A stretch of 32,000 nt of DNA from Mycolicibacterium smegmatis (GTDB taxonomy: Bacteria > Actinomycetota > Actinomycetes > Mycobacteriales > Mycobacteriaceae), in the NCBI RefSeq assembly GCF_001457595.1, contig NZ_LN831039.1, forward strand, positions 4,800,001 to 4,832,000, written 5' to 3'. Position numbers and translations under genes: made by a program. Of this stretch, positions 9,228 through 23,234 are shown piece by piece; positions within the stretch are counted from its first letter, which is position 1; each line of letters begins with the position of its first letter. The notes under the pieces were generated by a model. The model did no database searches. It worked only from the letters and a program-made list of their open reading frames with translations, and had not been told where the DNA came from.

Positions 9228-9519
9228 AGATCCTCCAACAGTATTTCAGGGGTTTACCAGTCTGTACCCGGCGAGAACTCGCCGAAACTCACCTCGAACC
9301 CAGGGACGCCTGAAGACGCCGGCGTCCGTCCCGAATCACGAAGAGCGACAATGTATCTGATGTGGACACGCGTGAAATCACCGCCCGTGTCCTCGATCAC
9401 GTCGATCCGGCGCGCCCGACGGGGCACATCGCTGCCTCTCACCTCCCGCTCGTGCGGAACATTCACCCGTCTACGTGGGATTACTGACGTGTCGGAGCCG
9501 TCGTGGCACAGTCGATGGC

Positions 9520-10122
9520 GTGCCATCTCCCGCGTACTGGAATCACAACACCGCATACCACCCGTGGTTGCGGCGGATCGCCGCGCAACACCGCGGCGAC
9601 GTCCTGGACGTGGGATGCGGTGACGGCCTGCTCGCGCAGCGGCTCGCGCCGGTCTCACGGTCGGTGACCGCGATCGAACCGGATCCCCAGACACTGCAAC
9701 GTGCCTGGGTCCGTCTTGCGCACCTGCCCAATGTGACTGTGGCCCAGAACGATTTCGACACCTTCGACCCGGGGACCCACCGCTTCGACGTCGTCACCAT
9801 GGTCGCGACCCTGCACCACATGGACCTGCGTGCCGCGTTGTCCAAGGCGCGAGAACTGCTCACCCCGACCGGCGAGATCGCGGTGGTGGGGCTGTCGGCC
9901 AACAAGACCCTGCGGGACTGGGCGTGGTCGGGATTGTGCCTGCCTGCGGTGCGGCTGGGATCGTTCTGTCACCGCGAGACCCGTGACATCGGGGTGCCGG
10001 TCGCCGAACCGGCCGAGAATCTCGACGAGATCCGCCGGGTCGCCGCCGACGTGCTACCGGGCGCGATGATCCGGCGGGCCCTGTACTACCGCTACCTGCT
10101 GCGCTGGCAGCCCGCGAACTAA
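9520..10122 (+). CDS. Class I SAM-dependent methyltransferase
   Basis: Motif [16 protein letters not shown]. The track ORF starts at GTG 9475, but 7 of its first 15 codons end in A/T. I therefore prefer GTG 9520 ([16 protein letters not shown]...). The start is uncertain. The stop lies 10 nt before echA14. Confidence 0.75.
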   Translation: MPSPAYWNHNTAYHPWLRRIAAQHRGDVLDVGCGDGLLAQRLAPVSRSVTAIEPDPQTLQRAWVRLAHLPNVTVAQNDFDTFDPGTHRFDVVTMVATLHHMDLRAALSKARELLTPTGEIAVVGLSANKTLRDWAWSGLCLPAVRLGSFCHRETRDIGVPVAEPAENLDEIRRVAADVLPGAMIRRALYYRYLLRWQPAN

Positions 10123-10132
10123 GCTGGCCGCC

Positions 10133-10882
10133 GTGGCCGATTCCGTACTGGTCGAAACGTCCGACCGCATCGCTGTGATCACTGTCAACGATCCCGATCG
10201 CCGCAATGCGGTGACGTTCGAGATGTCCGCGGCGCTGCGCAGTGCCGTCGAGGCGGCCGAGGCCGATCCCGATGTGCACGCGGTGGTGGTGACCGGCGCG
10301 GGCAAGGCGTTCTGCGCGGGCGCGGACCTGGCCGCCCTCGGCACGGCGACCGAGGACGGGCTTCGCAAGATCTACGACGGCTTCCTGGCCGTCGCCCACT
10401 GCACACTGCCCACCATTGCCGCGGTGAACGGCGCCGCGGTCGGGGCTGGGCTCAATCTGGCGCTGGCGGCCGACGTGCGCATCGCCGGTCCGCACGCGCT
10501 GTTCGATCCGCGCTTCCAGAAGCTGGGGATCCACCCGGGCGGCGGCGCCACCTGGATGCTGCAGCGCGCCGTCGGGCCCGAGGTCGCGCGTGCGGCGCTG
10601 CTCTTCGGGATGCGGTTCGACGCCGAGGCCGCGGTTCGTCACGGCCTCGCGCTCACCGTGGCCGACGATCCCCTCGCCGCGGCCAGGGAACTGGCCTCAG
10701 GGCCGGCGAGCGCACCGCGCGAGGTCGTGCTGGCCACCAAGGCGTCCATGCGGGCGACCGCGAACCCCGGCGTGATCGACACCGATCAGCACCGCGCGGC
10801 CGTCGACATCGAACTGGGCCCGCAGGCCCGCTCGATCGAATCACCCGAGTTCGCCGCGCGTCTCGCCGCCCGGCGCAAGTGA
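10133..10882 (+). CDS. echA14: Enoyl-CoA hydratase (crotonase family), EchA14-like
   Basis: 249 aa, GTG start. Crotonase signature [12 protein letters not shown]. Position corresponds to Rv2486. Confidence 0.85.
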   Translation: MADSVLVETSDRIAVITVNDPDRRNAVTFEMSAALRSAVEAAEADPDVHAVVVTGAGKAFCAGADLAALGTATEDGLRKIYDGFLAVAHCTLPTIAAVNGAAVGAGLNLALAADVRIAGPHALFDPRFQKLGIHPGGGATWMLQRAVGPEVARAALLFGMRFDAEAAVRHGLALTVADDPLAAARELASGPASAPREVVLATKASMRATANPGVIDTDQHRAAVDIELGPQARSIESPEFAARLAARRK

Positions 10883-10884
10883 CC

Positions 10885-12117
10885 TCAGAGATCGAGGAGA
10901 GCCAGGTCGGGTTCCTCGATCAGCCCGCGTAGTTCGCCGAGGAACGCCGCGGCCTGGGCCCCGTCGGCGATGCGGTGGTCGAACACGCAGGTGAGCGACA
11001 TCGTCGGGCGGGCCACGACGGCTCCGTCGACCACGACGGGCCGCTCCCGCAGCGAGCCCATGCCGAGGATCGCGGCCTCGGGGTAGTTGATCACCGGAAC
11101 GCCGTCGTCGACGCCGAGCGCGCCGAAGTTCGACACCGTGAACGTCGACCCCGTCAGTTCGGCAGGCGACAGCGTGCCCGCGCGGGCGCTTTCGACGAGC
11201 CGGGCCACCGTGACCGCGAGTTGCCGCGTGGTCATGCCCTGCGCATCGCGCACCACTGGCACCAGCAGACCGCGCGGCGCGGCGACACCGATCCCCAGGT
11301 GCACCGCCGAGTGTTGATGGATCTGCGGGCCGCCGGTGGTCTCCATCCACGTCGCGTTGAGCACCTCGTGACGACGCAACGCGACGGTCAGCAGGCGCAG
11401 CGTCAGCACGAACGGCGTGACGGGCAGGTCGGGTTCGGCGTCGCGGATGCGGTCGCGCAGCCGCAGCAGCGCGGTGCAGTCGACGTCAACGCGTGCGTGT
11501 GCATCGGGGATCTCGCGGCGCGACAACGCCATTCGCCGCGCCATCTCGGCCTGCACGCCGCGCACGTCGCGGGTCTGCGACGGCTGAGCCGTGCCGGCGC
11601 TGTACGCCGCCGGGGATCTGCCCGCCGCGGCCAGCACGTCGTCGCGCGTGATGATGCCGTCTGGCCCGGATCCCGCACCCAACGCACCCAGGTCGACGCC
11701 GAGATCGGCGGCCAGTTTGCGCACGGGCGGCTTGGCACGTGCTCGCGGACCGTGCGTGCGGCGGCGGCTGGCATCCATCGAGTCGTCGGCGCCGTACCCG
11801 ACGAGCACCGACTTGCGTTGTGCGGCTTCACCGTTCCTCGAATGCGCCCCAGGATGCGCCTCGACCGGCTCGTCGGAGGACGTGGCGATACGCACCAGCA
11901 ACGACCCCACGGCAAGGATGTCCCCTGCCGCGCCGCCGAGCGCTTCCACCTTGCCTGCATACGGGCTGGGGATCTCGACCTCGGCCTTGTTGGTCTCGAC
12001 CGTGCACAGCGTCTGGTTCAACTCGACGGTGTCGCCGACGTCGACGTTCCAGCTGGTGATGGTCGCGTCCTGGAGGCCCTCACCGAGATCGGGCACCAGG
12101 AAGTCCCGGGTGCTCAC
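10885..12117 (-). CDS. bkdC: Branched-chain alpha-keto acid dehydrogenase E2 (dihydrolipoamide acyltransferase)
   Basis: Track ORF 10885..12174 trimmed to GTG 12117 (V20), which overlaps the bkdB TGA as GTGA. Lipoyl domain [14 protein letters not shown]. Catalytic DHRIADG. Confidence 0.9.
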   Translation of the reverse strand: MSTRDFLVPDLGEGLQDATITSWNVDVGDTVELNQTLCTVETNKAEVEIPSPYAGKVEALGGAAGDILAVGSLLVRIATSSDEPVEAHPGAHSRNGEAAQRKSVLVGYGADDSMDASRRRTHGPRARAKPPVRKLAADLGVDLGALGAGSGPDGIITRDDVLAAAGRSPAAYSAGTAQPSQTRDVRGVQAEMARRMALSRREIPDAHARVDVDCTALLRLRDRIRDAEPDLPVTPFVLTLRLLTVALRRHEVLNATWMETTGGPQIHQHSAVHLGIGVAAPRGLLVPVVRDAQGMTTRQLAVTVARLVESARAGTLSPAELTGSTFTVSNFGALGVDDGVPVINYPEAAILGMGSLRERPVVVDGAVVARPTMSLTCVFDHRIADGAQAAAFLGELRGLIEEPDLALLDL

Positions 12118-13190
12118 GGCTGCTCCATCGCGCGTTCGACGCAGTCGAGCAGTCGGTCCACGCCGGGCAGCCACAGCTTCTCGAGCCGGGCCGGTGGGTA
12201 GGGCGTGTCGAACCCGGTGGCCCGCAACACGGGAGCCTCAAGGTCGTAGAACAGCTCCTCGGAGATCCGTGCGGCCAGTTCGGCGCCGAAACCCAGTGTG
12301 CGTGGGCCTTCGTGCATCACCACGGCGCGACCGGTGCGCCGCACCGAATCCGCGACGGTGTCGAAGTCGAGCGGGTTGAGCGATCGCAGGTCGACCACTT
12401 CCATGCTCCAGCCGCGGTCCTCGGCGAGTTCGGCCGCCGACAGTGCGGTGGCGACCAGCCCGCCGTAGGTGATCACGGTGACGTCGGATCCGTTGCGCCG
12501 CACCGCGGCCCGGCCGATGGGCAGCGCCGGCGTGGTGGTGTCGACGGCCTCGCGGGCCCAGTAGCGGCGTTTGGGCTCCAGATAGATCACCGGGTCGGGG
12601 CTGCTGATCGATTCGCGCAGCAGCCAGTACGCGTCCGACGGCGTGGACGGCACGACGACCTTGAGGCCCGCGGTGTGCAGCCAGTAGGTCTCGGTGGATT
12701 CCGAATGGTGCTCGACGGCCCCGATCCCGCCGAACGACGGGATGCGCACCGTCACCGGCATGTCGATGTCGCCGTGGGTCCGCATCCGGTATTTCGCGAG
12801 ATGGCTGGCGATCTGGTCGAACGCCGGGTAGCTGAAGCCGTCGAACTGGATCTCCGGGACCGGGACGAAACCACGTATCGCGAAACCCACGGCGATGCCG
12901 ATGATCGCCGATTCGGCGAGCGGGGTGTCGAAACACCGTTCGGCGCCGAAGCTTTCGGTGAGCCCGTCGGTCACCCGGAACACGCCGCCGAGCGTCGCGA
13001 CGTCCTCCCCGAAGACCAGGACGCGCTCGTCGGCGGCCATCGCGTCGCGCAGCGCACGGTTGATCGCCTGCACCATGGTGAGTTCGGTGACTGCCGGGAC
13101 GGGAGCCTGGGCTGCAGCCGGGGTCAGGATGCTGCCCCACGGCTCGGGCGCGTCGCCCTGCGCCGCGGGTCGGTCGATGATCTGGGTCAT
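12114..13190 (-). CDS. bkdB: Branched-chain alpha-keto acid dehydrogenase E1 beta subunit
   Basis: Track ORF 12114..13304 trimmed to ATG 13190 (MTQIIDRP...). This start lies 1 nt after the bkdA TGA, and a GAAGGAGG Shine-Dalgarno sits inside the end of bkdA. 358 aa, E1-beta/transketolase-like sequence. Confidence 0.9.
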   Translation of the reverse strand: MTQIIDRPAAQGDAPEPWGSILTPAAAQAPVPAVTELTMVQAINRALRDAMAADERVLVFGEDVATLGGVFRVTDGLTESFGAERCFDTPLAESAIIGIAVGFAIRGFVPVPEIQFDGFSYPAFDQIASHLAKYRMRTHGDIDMPVTVRIPSFGGIGAVEHHSESTETYWLHTAGLKVVVPSTPSDAYWLLRESISSPDPVIYLEPKRRYWAREAVDTTTPALPIGRAAVRRNGSDVTVITYGGLVATALSAAELAEDRGWSMEVVDLRSLNPLDFDTVADSVRRTGRAVVMHEGPRTLGFGAELAARISEELFYDLEAPVLRATGFDTPYPPARLEKLWLPGVDRLLDCVERAMEQP

Positions 13191-13191
13191 C

Positions 13192-14304
13192 TCAGGCCTC
13201 CTTCGCCAACTCGGACAGCAACTGATCACGTTGACGCGCCAGTTCAGGTGTGATGTCGGCGTAGACCGTGTCGAACATCTCGGCCGGGTCGACGTCGGGT
13301 GCACCGACGATGGCGTCGCGCAACTCGGCGCACAGCCGCGAAGACCGCGCGGCCACCCGCTCTTCGAGGCGCTCGGTCCACACCCCGATGTTCTGCAGGT
13401 AGGTGCGGTACCGCGCGATGGGATCGCGCGCCGCCCACGCCTCGACCTCCTCGGCCGGGCGGTAGCGGGTCGGATCGTCGGAAGTGGTGTGCGGGCCCAT
13501 GCGGTAGGTGACGGCCTCGATCAGCGTCGGCCCCTCGCCGCGGCGGGCCCGCTCGGCGGCCTCGGACATCACCGCGTAGCAGGCGAGCACGTCGTTGCCG
13601 TCGACGCGGATGCCGGGCATGCCGTAGCCGATCGCGCGGTGGGCGATGGTCGGGCCGGCCTGCTGGCGGCTGACCGGCACGGAGATCGCCCACTGGTTGT
13701 TCTGGATGACGAACACGCACGGCGCGCGGAACACCGTGGCCAGGTTGAAGGCCTCGTGCGCGTCGCCTTCGCTGGTGGCGCCGTCCCCGAGGAACGCCAC
13801 GGTCACCGAGTCCTCGCCGAGACGCTGCGCGGCCATCGCCGCGCCGACGGCGTGCAGACCGTGGGTGCCGATGGGGATCGCAATGGGTGCGACGCACTTG
13901 TCGGTGAACGACAGGCCGCCGTGCCACTTGCCGCGCCACACCGCACCCATCTGGGCCGGCGTGATGCCGCGCAGCAGGAACGCGCCGATCTCGCGGTACT
14001 GCGGGAACAGCCAGTCGGTCTTTCGCAGGCACGCCGCCGCGCCGATCTGCGCGGCCTCCTGACCGCGGCACGACGCGAACAGCGCCAGCTCACCCTGTCG
14101 TTGCAGGTTGACGAACTCGACGTCGAGGTTGCGCGTGACGACCATCGATTCGTAGAGCCAGCTCAGCGTCTCCGGAGGGAGGTCGCGGCTGTAGCGCGAG
14201 GGGGGTCTGTCAGGTGAGGGTGAACCGTCGGCAGCAACCAACTGCACAGGTTCGGGGTCGAACCCGGTGTCGTACCCGGGCGCAGACGAATACTGCATGG
14301 CCAT
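13192..14304 (-). CDS. bkdA: Branched-chain alpha-keto acid dehydrogenase E1 alpha subunit
   Basis: TPP-binding motif GDGATSEGD. I prefer ATG 14304 (MAMQYSS...) because GAAGGAGG lies 4 nt upstream. Alternatives are 14298 and the track start 14328. Confidence 0.9.
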   Translation of the reverse strand: MAMQYSSAPGYDTGFDPEPVQLVAADGSPSPDRPPSRYSRDLPPETLSWLYESMVVTRNLDVEFVNLQRQGELALFASCRGQEAAQIGAAACLRKTDWLFPQYREIGAFLLRGITPAQMGAVWRGKWHGGLSFTDKCVAPIAIPIGTHGLHAVGAAMAAQRLGEDSVTVAFLGDGATSEGDAHEAFNLATVFRAPCVFVIQNNQWAISVPVSRQQAGPTIAHRAIGYGMPGIRVDGNDVLACYAVMSEAAERARRGEGPTLIEAVTYRMGPHTTSDDPTRYRPAEEVEAWAARDPIARYRTYLQNIGVWTERLEERVAARSSRLCAELRDAIVGAPDVDPAEMFDTVYADITPELARQRDQLLSELAKEA

Positions 14305-14375
14305 ACCGCCTCCTTCAGGTGACGGCATGTTGCGCCGTCATTCCACGAGGTGCTCAGTGCGACGACGGGTCGAGC

Positions 14376-14405
14376 AAAACCCCAGGTGAGGGGACTCCGG
14401 TGGGG
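14376..14405 (-). terminator. Weak hairpin plus U4 tract downstream of citE
   Basis: On the minus strand: CCCCA-N16-UGGGG (or CCCC-N6-GGGG) followed by UUUU (plus-strand AAAA at 14376-14379). It lies about 110 nt after the citE TAG. Confidence 0.3.
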
Positions 14406-14515
14406 ACCAGGGTGCGGTACCGGCCGGACGATGCGCTCGTCACGTCGCTGCACAGGGGCAAGGCCCATTATGCCAGCGGACGGCCGCGTGCTGTGACCGT
14501 CGCCACAATGTGTCG

Positions 14516-15328
14516 CTAACCGTTATCGGGTGCCAGCGCGGCGATGCGTTCGGCGCGACGCAGGACGGGCGCGTCGACCATCATGCCCTCGAATGCGAAG
14601 GCCCCCGGCTGCGTCTCGGCGGCCGCGAGCACCTCCCGCGCCCACCGCGCCTGCTCGGGCGTGGGCATGTAGCCCTCGCGGATCACCGCGACCTGGCTGG
14701 GATGGATGGCGACCTTGACGTCGAAACCGACCGCGACGGCATCGTCGACCTCGGCGCGCAGTCCGTCGAGATTCCTGATGTCGATGTACACCGAATCCAG
14801 GGCCTGCTTGCCGAAGGCCTTCGCCGCGAGCAGTGAGCGAGACCGGACGTACTTGGCGACGTCGCGGTAGGAGTCGTCGGGGAACCGGTTGTTCGTGCCG
14901 CCGAGGAAGCCGAACAGGTCTTCGGCGCCCCACATGACGCCCCAGGTGTTCGCGGCCGCGGCGGCCTCGTCGACCTTGAGCGCGCCCAGCGGGGTCTCGA
15001 CGATCAGCACGACCTCCAGCGGCGCCAGAGCGGTGACCTGTGCGGCAGATTCGCACTTGGGCAGCATGACGGTGGTGTACGCGGTCTGCGACAGCACGTC
15101 GAGGTCGAGTTTCTGCTCCGGTGAGTCACCGGGGTTGATGCGCACCACGGTACGCGCGGGATCCAGCGGTGTACTCAACAGCGCCTCGCGGGCGGCCGGT
15201 TTGTCGCCGGCCCCGTCCTCGAGGTCGAGGATCACCACATCGGCCGCCGCGGCGGCCTTCTCGAAACGTTCCGGACGATCTGCCGGGCAGAACAGCCACG
15301 CCGGGCCGGTGGTCGCCAGACCCATCAC
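14516..15328 (-). CDS. citE: CitE-like beta-hydroxyacyl-CoA lyase (HMG-CoA / citramalyl-CoA lyase family; HpcH/HpaI fold)
   Basis: 270 aa. Motif VVILDLEDGAGD. GTG 15328 overlaps the maoC TGA (GTGA); alternative ATG at 15325. Position corresponds to Rv2498c. Confidence 0.88.
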   Translation of the reverse strand: MMGLATTGPAWLFCPADRPERFEKAAAAADVVILDLEDGAGDKPAAREALLSTPLDPARTVVRINPGDSPEQKLDLDVLSQTAYTTVMLPKCESAAQVTALAPLEVVLIVETPLGALKVDEAAAAANTWGVMWGAEDLFGFLGGTNNRFPDDSYRDVAKYVRSRSLLAAKAFGKQALDSVYIDIRNLDGLRAEVDDAVAVGFDVKVAIHPSQVAVIREGYMPTPEQARWAREVLAAAETQPGAFAFEGMMVDAPVLRRAERIAALAPDNG

Positions 15329-15821
15329 GCCTCTCCTTCCGGACGCATCCGCACCATGGTCTTGCGCTGGGCGGTCGCCACGATGTCACCGTGCTGGTTA
15401 CGGCCGGTGTGCGCGAAAGTCAGGATGCCCTCCCCCGGCCTGCTCTTGGAGGCGCGCTTCTCCAGGATCTCGGTCTCGGCGTAGAGCGTGTCGCCGTGGA
15501 AAAGCGGTTTGGGAAAGGAGATCTCGGAGAATCCCAGGTTGCCGACGATGGTGCCCTGCGTCAGCTGGGCCACCGAGAGACCGACCAGGGTGGACAGCGT
15601 GAACATCGAGTTCACCAGACGCTGGTTGAACGGCGGCAGCGCATCGGAGAACGCCGCATCCAGGTGCAGCGCCTGGGTGTTCATGGTCAGCGTGGTGAAC
15701 AGGACGTTGTCGGCCTCGGTGATGGTGCGCCCGGGACGGTGTTTGTAGACCACACCGATCTCGAACTCCTCGAACCAGAGACCGCGTTGCTCCACCACCT
15801 TCTTCGCGCCCACTGCATCCG

Positions 15822-15825
<4 letters not shown>
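15325..15825 (-). CDS. MaoC-family (hot-dog fold) enoyl-CoA hydratase/dehydratase
   Basis: Track ORF 15325..16194 is over-extended. GTG 15825 (VTDAVGAKKVVEQRGLWFEEFEIG...) overlaps the fadE19 TGA as GTGA. 166 aa. Corresponds to Rv2499c. Confidence 0.85.
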
Positions 15826-20585
<4,760 letters not shown>

Positions 20586-20619
20586 CGAGTTGTCCATACC
20601 CCTACCTCCGGAGCCCGTT

Positions 20620-21225
20620 ATGTCGTCCGTGACGCGCCGCAGCCAGGCCAAATCGGACCGGCGCAGCCAGCTGATCGCCGCGGCCGAACGTCTCGTGGCC
20701 GAGCGCGGCTACCTCGCCGTGCGGCTCGAGGACATCGGCGCGGCCGTCGGGGTCAGCGGCCCCGCCATCTACCGGCACTTCCCCAACAAAGAGGCCATGC
20801 TGGTCGAATTGCTGGTGGGTATCAGCACACGCCTGCTCGACGGTGCCCGCGAGGTCGTCGAGACCCACGACGACCCGGCCAAGGCTCTCGACGCGCTGGT
20901 GGACTTCCACCTCGACTTCGCGTTCGACGAATCCGACCTGATCCGCATCCAGGACCGCGACCTCGCCCATCTGCCCGACACCGCCAAACGGCAGGTGCGC
21001 CGCGCGCAGCGGCAGTACGTCGAGATCTGGGTGTCGGTGCTGACGCGGCTGCGGCCCGACCTGCCCGAAGAAGAGGCCCGCGTCATGGCGCACGCCACCT
21101 TCGGGCTGCTCAACTCGACTCCGCACAGCGTCAAACCCGCTGTGTCCAAGGCACAGTCGAGCACCGCGCAGTCGCGTGGGGTGCTGCGGAGGATGACCGT
21201 CGCGGCGCTCACCGCGACGGGCTGA
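20620..21225 (+). CDS. bkaR: TetR-family transcriptional regulator (BkaR-like, Rv2506 position)
   Basis: HTH region VRLEDIGAAVGVSGPAIYRHFPNKEAM. ATG 20620 has GGAG 7 nt upstream, and the track TTG 20590 is less likely. Divergent from accD1. Confidence 0.85.
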   Translation: MSSVTRRSQAKSDRRSQLIAAAERLVAERGYLAVRLEDIGAAVGVSGPAIYRHFPNKEAMLVELLVGISTRLLDGAREVVETHDDPAKALDALVDFHLDFAFDESDLIRIQDRDLAHLPDTAKRQVRRAQRQYVEIWVSVLTRLRPDLPEEEARVMAHATFGLLNSTPHSVKPAVSKAQSSTAQSRGVLRRMTVAALTATG

Positions 21226-21229
21226 GCTC

Positions 21230-23116
21230 TCAGGCGGTGAACGCCTTGACCAGCCAGCGTTCCATGGCGTCGACGAGCACCGCGCGGTTCTCACGCTTGA
21301 TGATCTCGTGACCGTCGTCGGCGAACATCAACAATTCGACCGGGCGCCCGAGGTCGTGCAGCGCGTCGTACATCTGCAGCGACTCGCTCGGCGGCACGTT
21401 GGTGTCGTTGGCGCCGTGCACCAGCAGCAGCGGAGCGGTCAGCGCGTGCGCGCGCGGCAGTGGCGACAGCTTCTCCAGCAGGTCCCGGTCGGCGACGGGG
21501 TGGCCGTACTTGGGATAGGCCGCCGCGGCGATCCACGGTTCGGTGTTGCGGTAGAAGGTGTTCAGATCGCTCATACCGCAGATGCTGATGCCCGCGGCGA
21601 ACAGTTCGGGATGGAACGTCAGCGCGGCCAGCGTGAGATACCCGCCGTATGACCAACCCGTGCAGGCGATCTTGTCGGCCGGTGCCAGACCCTTGTCGAC
21701 GAGGTACTGCACGCAGTCGGCGACGTCGTCGATGGCCGCGAAGCGTCGTTCCTTGTCGTCGGCGTGCATGAACGCGCGCCCGAATCCGCCGGAGCCGCGC
21801 ACATTCGGCGTCAGCACGGCGATACCGGCCTCCAGCAGTTGCGGATAGAACTCGTTGTACTCCGGGCGCGCCTGTCCCTCGGGACCGCCGTGCAGGAACA
21901 GCATCGCGCCGATTGGTTCGGTGTGCGGCCAGTACAGCCACGAGTTGAGCTCAAGACCGTCGCGCGCGGTGATCATCTCCAATGTCGGTGTGCCCGTCAC
22001 GGGCCCGCCGCTGGGCTCGCGGTCGATGCGTTCCCACTCTCGGGTGCGCGGGTCGACCAGTTCGACCGTCGGCGGCAGCGACGGACCCTGCACGGTCATC
22101 GCCACCATGGAACCGCCCGCGCTGATGCTCAACTGGCTGGCCACCATGCCCGGCAGCGGAATCGGTTCCGACAGTGTCTCATCGGCGTACTCGAGGATCT
22201 GCAGTTCGCTGCGGCCGTCGACGTTCCACAGCATGGCCACGGTGGACAGATCGTCGCTGACCACGAACTCGTCGAGTTCGTACCCGGGGCGCTCGGCCAC
22301 CACGTGGTAGGAGACGCCGTCGGCGGTGACGGTGACCTCGAGCAGGCGCGCGTGGGACGCGCCGTTCTCGCTGCGGATCAATGCCCGCACGTAACCCTCG
22401 GTGGTGCCCTCGGTGGTGTGGGACTCCCCGTCGGCCTGGAAGTACTTGTGCGGTTCCATCAGGGTGACCGTCTCGCCGTCCAAGCCGGAGCGCACGCGCC
22501 GCGGGCTGTGGTCGTCGAGAATCACACCGTAGTCGGTGGTGGAGCCGGGATCGTAAGGCAGCAGGGCGATTTCGCGCTGACCCCACAGCATGATCAACTC
22601 GCGGTAGCCGCGCGGGCCCACCCGGATGAGCGAAGCACCCTGCCACGAGTCGACGAGCCTGCCGCTCGAGCGGCGATCGAGCACCGTCGTCTCGCCGGTG
22701 CCCGGATCGATCAGGCACGAACTGCCGACCCCGTCGTCACCGGTGAGGATGGCGGCCACCTTGGTGCCGTCCCAGCCGATCAACTCGGCGGTGCCCTCGG
22801 TGCCGTCGGGCCACGAGTCGATGCGGCGTGCGTCACGATCGTCGGGATCTGTGGTCACCACCCAGATCTGGCTGCGGGTCGCACCTTCGGGAGCGACCTC
22901 ACAGGCCAGCCAGTGACCATCGGCCGAGTGCAGGACACGAAGGACCGGGCCGACGACGGGAAGTTCGACGTCACGCGACGAACTCGCACGCCATCCGCGC
23001 AGGAAGCGCTGCACGGCCCGCGGGAAACCGCCGTCGTCGACCAGATGCGCGAACGCCGTCGCATCCGGCGACAACGACGCGCCGTAGTTCACCCGAACGT
23101 GCCGTTCCGCGCTCAC
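21230..23116 (-). CDS. S9-family serine peptidase (prolyl oligopeptidase / acylaminoacyl peptidase-like)
   Basis: Track ORF trimmed to GTG 23116 (V50), which is preceded by GGAGGAG. N-terminal beta-propeller-like region. Catalytic Ser motif GWSYGG, later VHGANDTNVP and DDGHEI. Confidence 0.85.
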   Translation of the reverse strand: MSAERHVRVNYGASLSPDATAFAHLVDDGGFPRAVQRFLRGWRASSSRDVELPVVGPVLRVLHSADGHWLACEVAPEGATRSQIWVVTTDPDDRDARRIDSWPDGTEGTAELIGWDGTKVAAILTGDDGVGSSCLIDPGTGETTVLDRRSSGRLVDSWQGASLIRVGPRGYRELIMLWGQREIALLPYDPGSTTDYGVILDDHSPRRVRSGLDGETVTLMEPHKYFQADGESHTTEGTTEGYVRALIRSENGASHARLLEVTVTADGVSYHVVAERPGYELDEFVVSDDLSTVAMLWNVDGRSELQILEYADETLSEPIPLPGMVASQLSISAGGSMVAMTVQGPSLPPTVELVDPRTREWERIDREPSGGPVTGTPTLEMITARDGLELNSWLYWPHTEPIGAMLFLHGGPEGQARPEYNEFYPQLLEAGIAVLTPNVRGSGGFGRAFMHADDKERRFAAIDDVADCVQYLVDKGLAPADKIACTGWSYGGYLTLAALTFHPELFAAGISICGMSDLNTFYRNTEPWIAAAAYPKYGHPVADRDLLEKLSPLPRAHALTAPLLLVHGANDTNVPPSESLQMYDALHDLGRPVELLMFADDGHEIIKRENRAVLVDAMERWLVKAFTA

Positions 23117-23234
23117 TCGTCTCCTCCCAGGCCGGACGGCCGTATGCGGCAAGCGTGCCACACCGATGGCTACCCTCGACTCCGTCTCGGCACACTGTGC
23201 AGTCGCACAGGTACCCTGCAGCCATGAGGTGGGC

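Noticed and set aside
9285-9310. A GGTTCGAG T-loop-like 8-mer on the minus strand, considered as a possible tRNA remnant or att repeat of tRNA-Arg.
   Set aside because: The flanking bases cannot form a T stem or any other cloverleaf arm. An isolated 8-mer match is compatible with chance.
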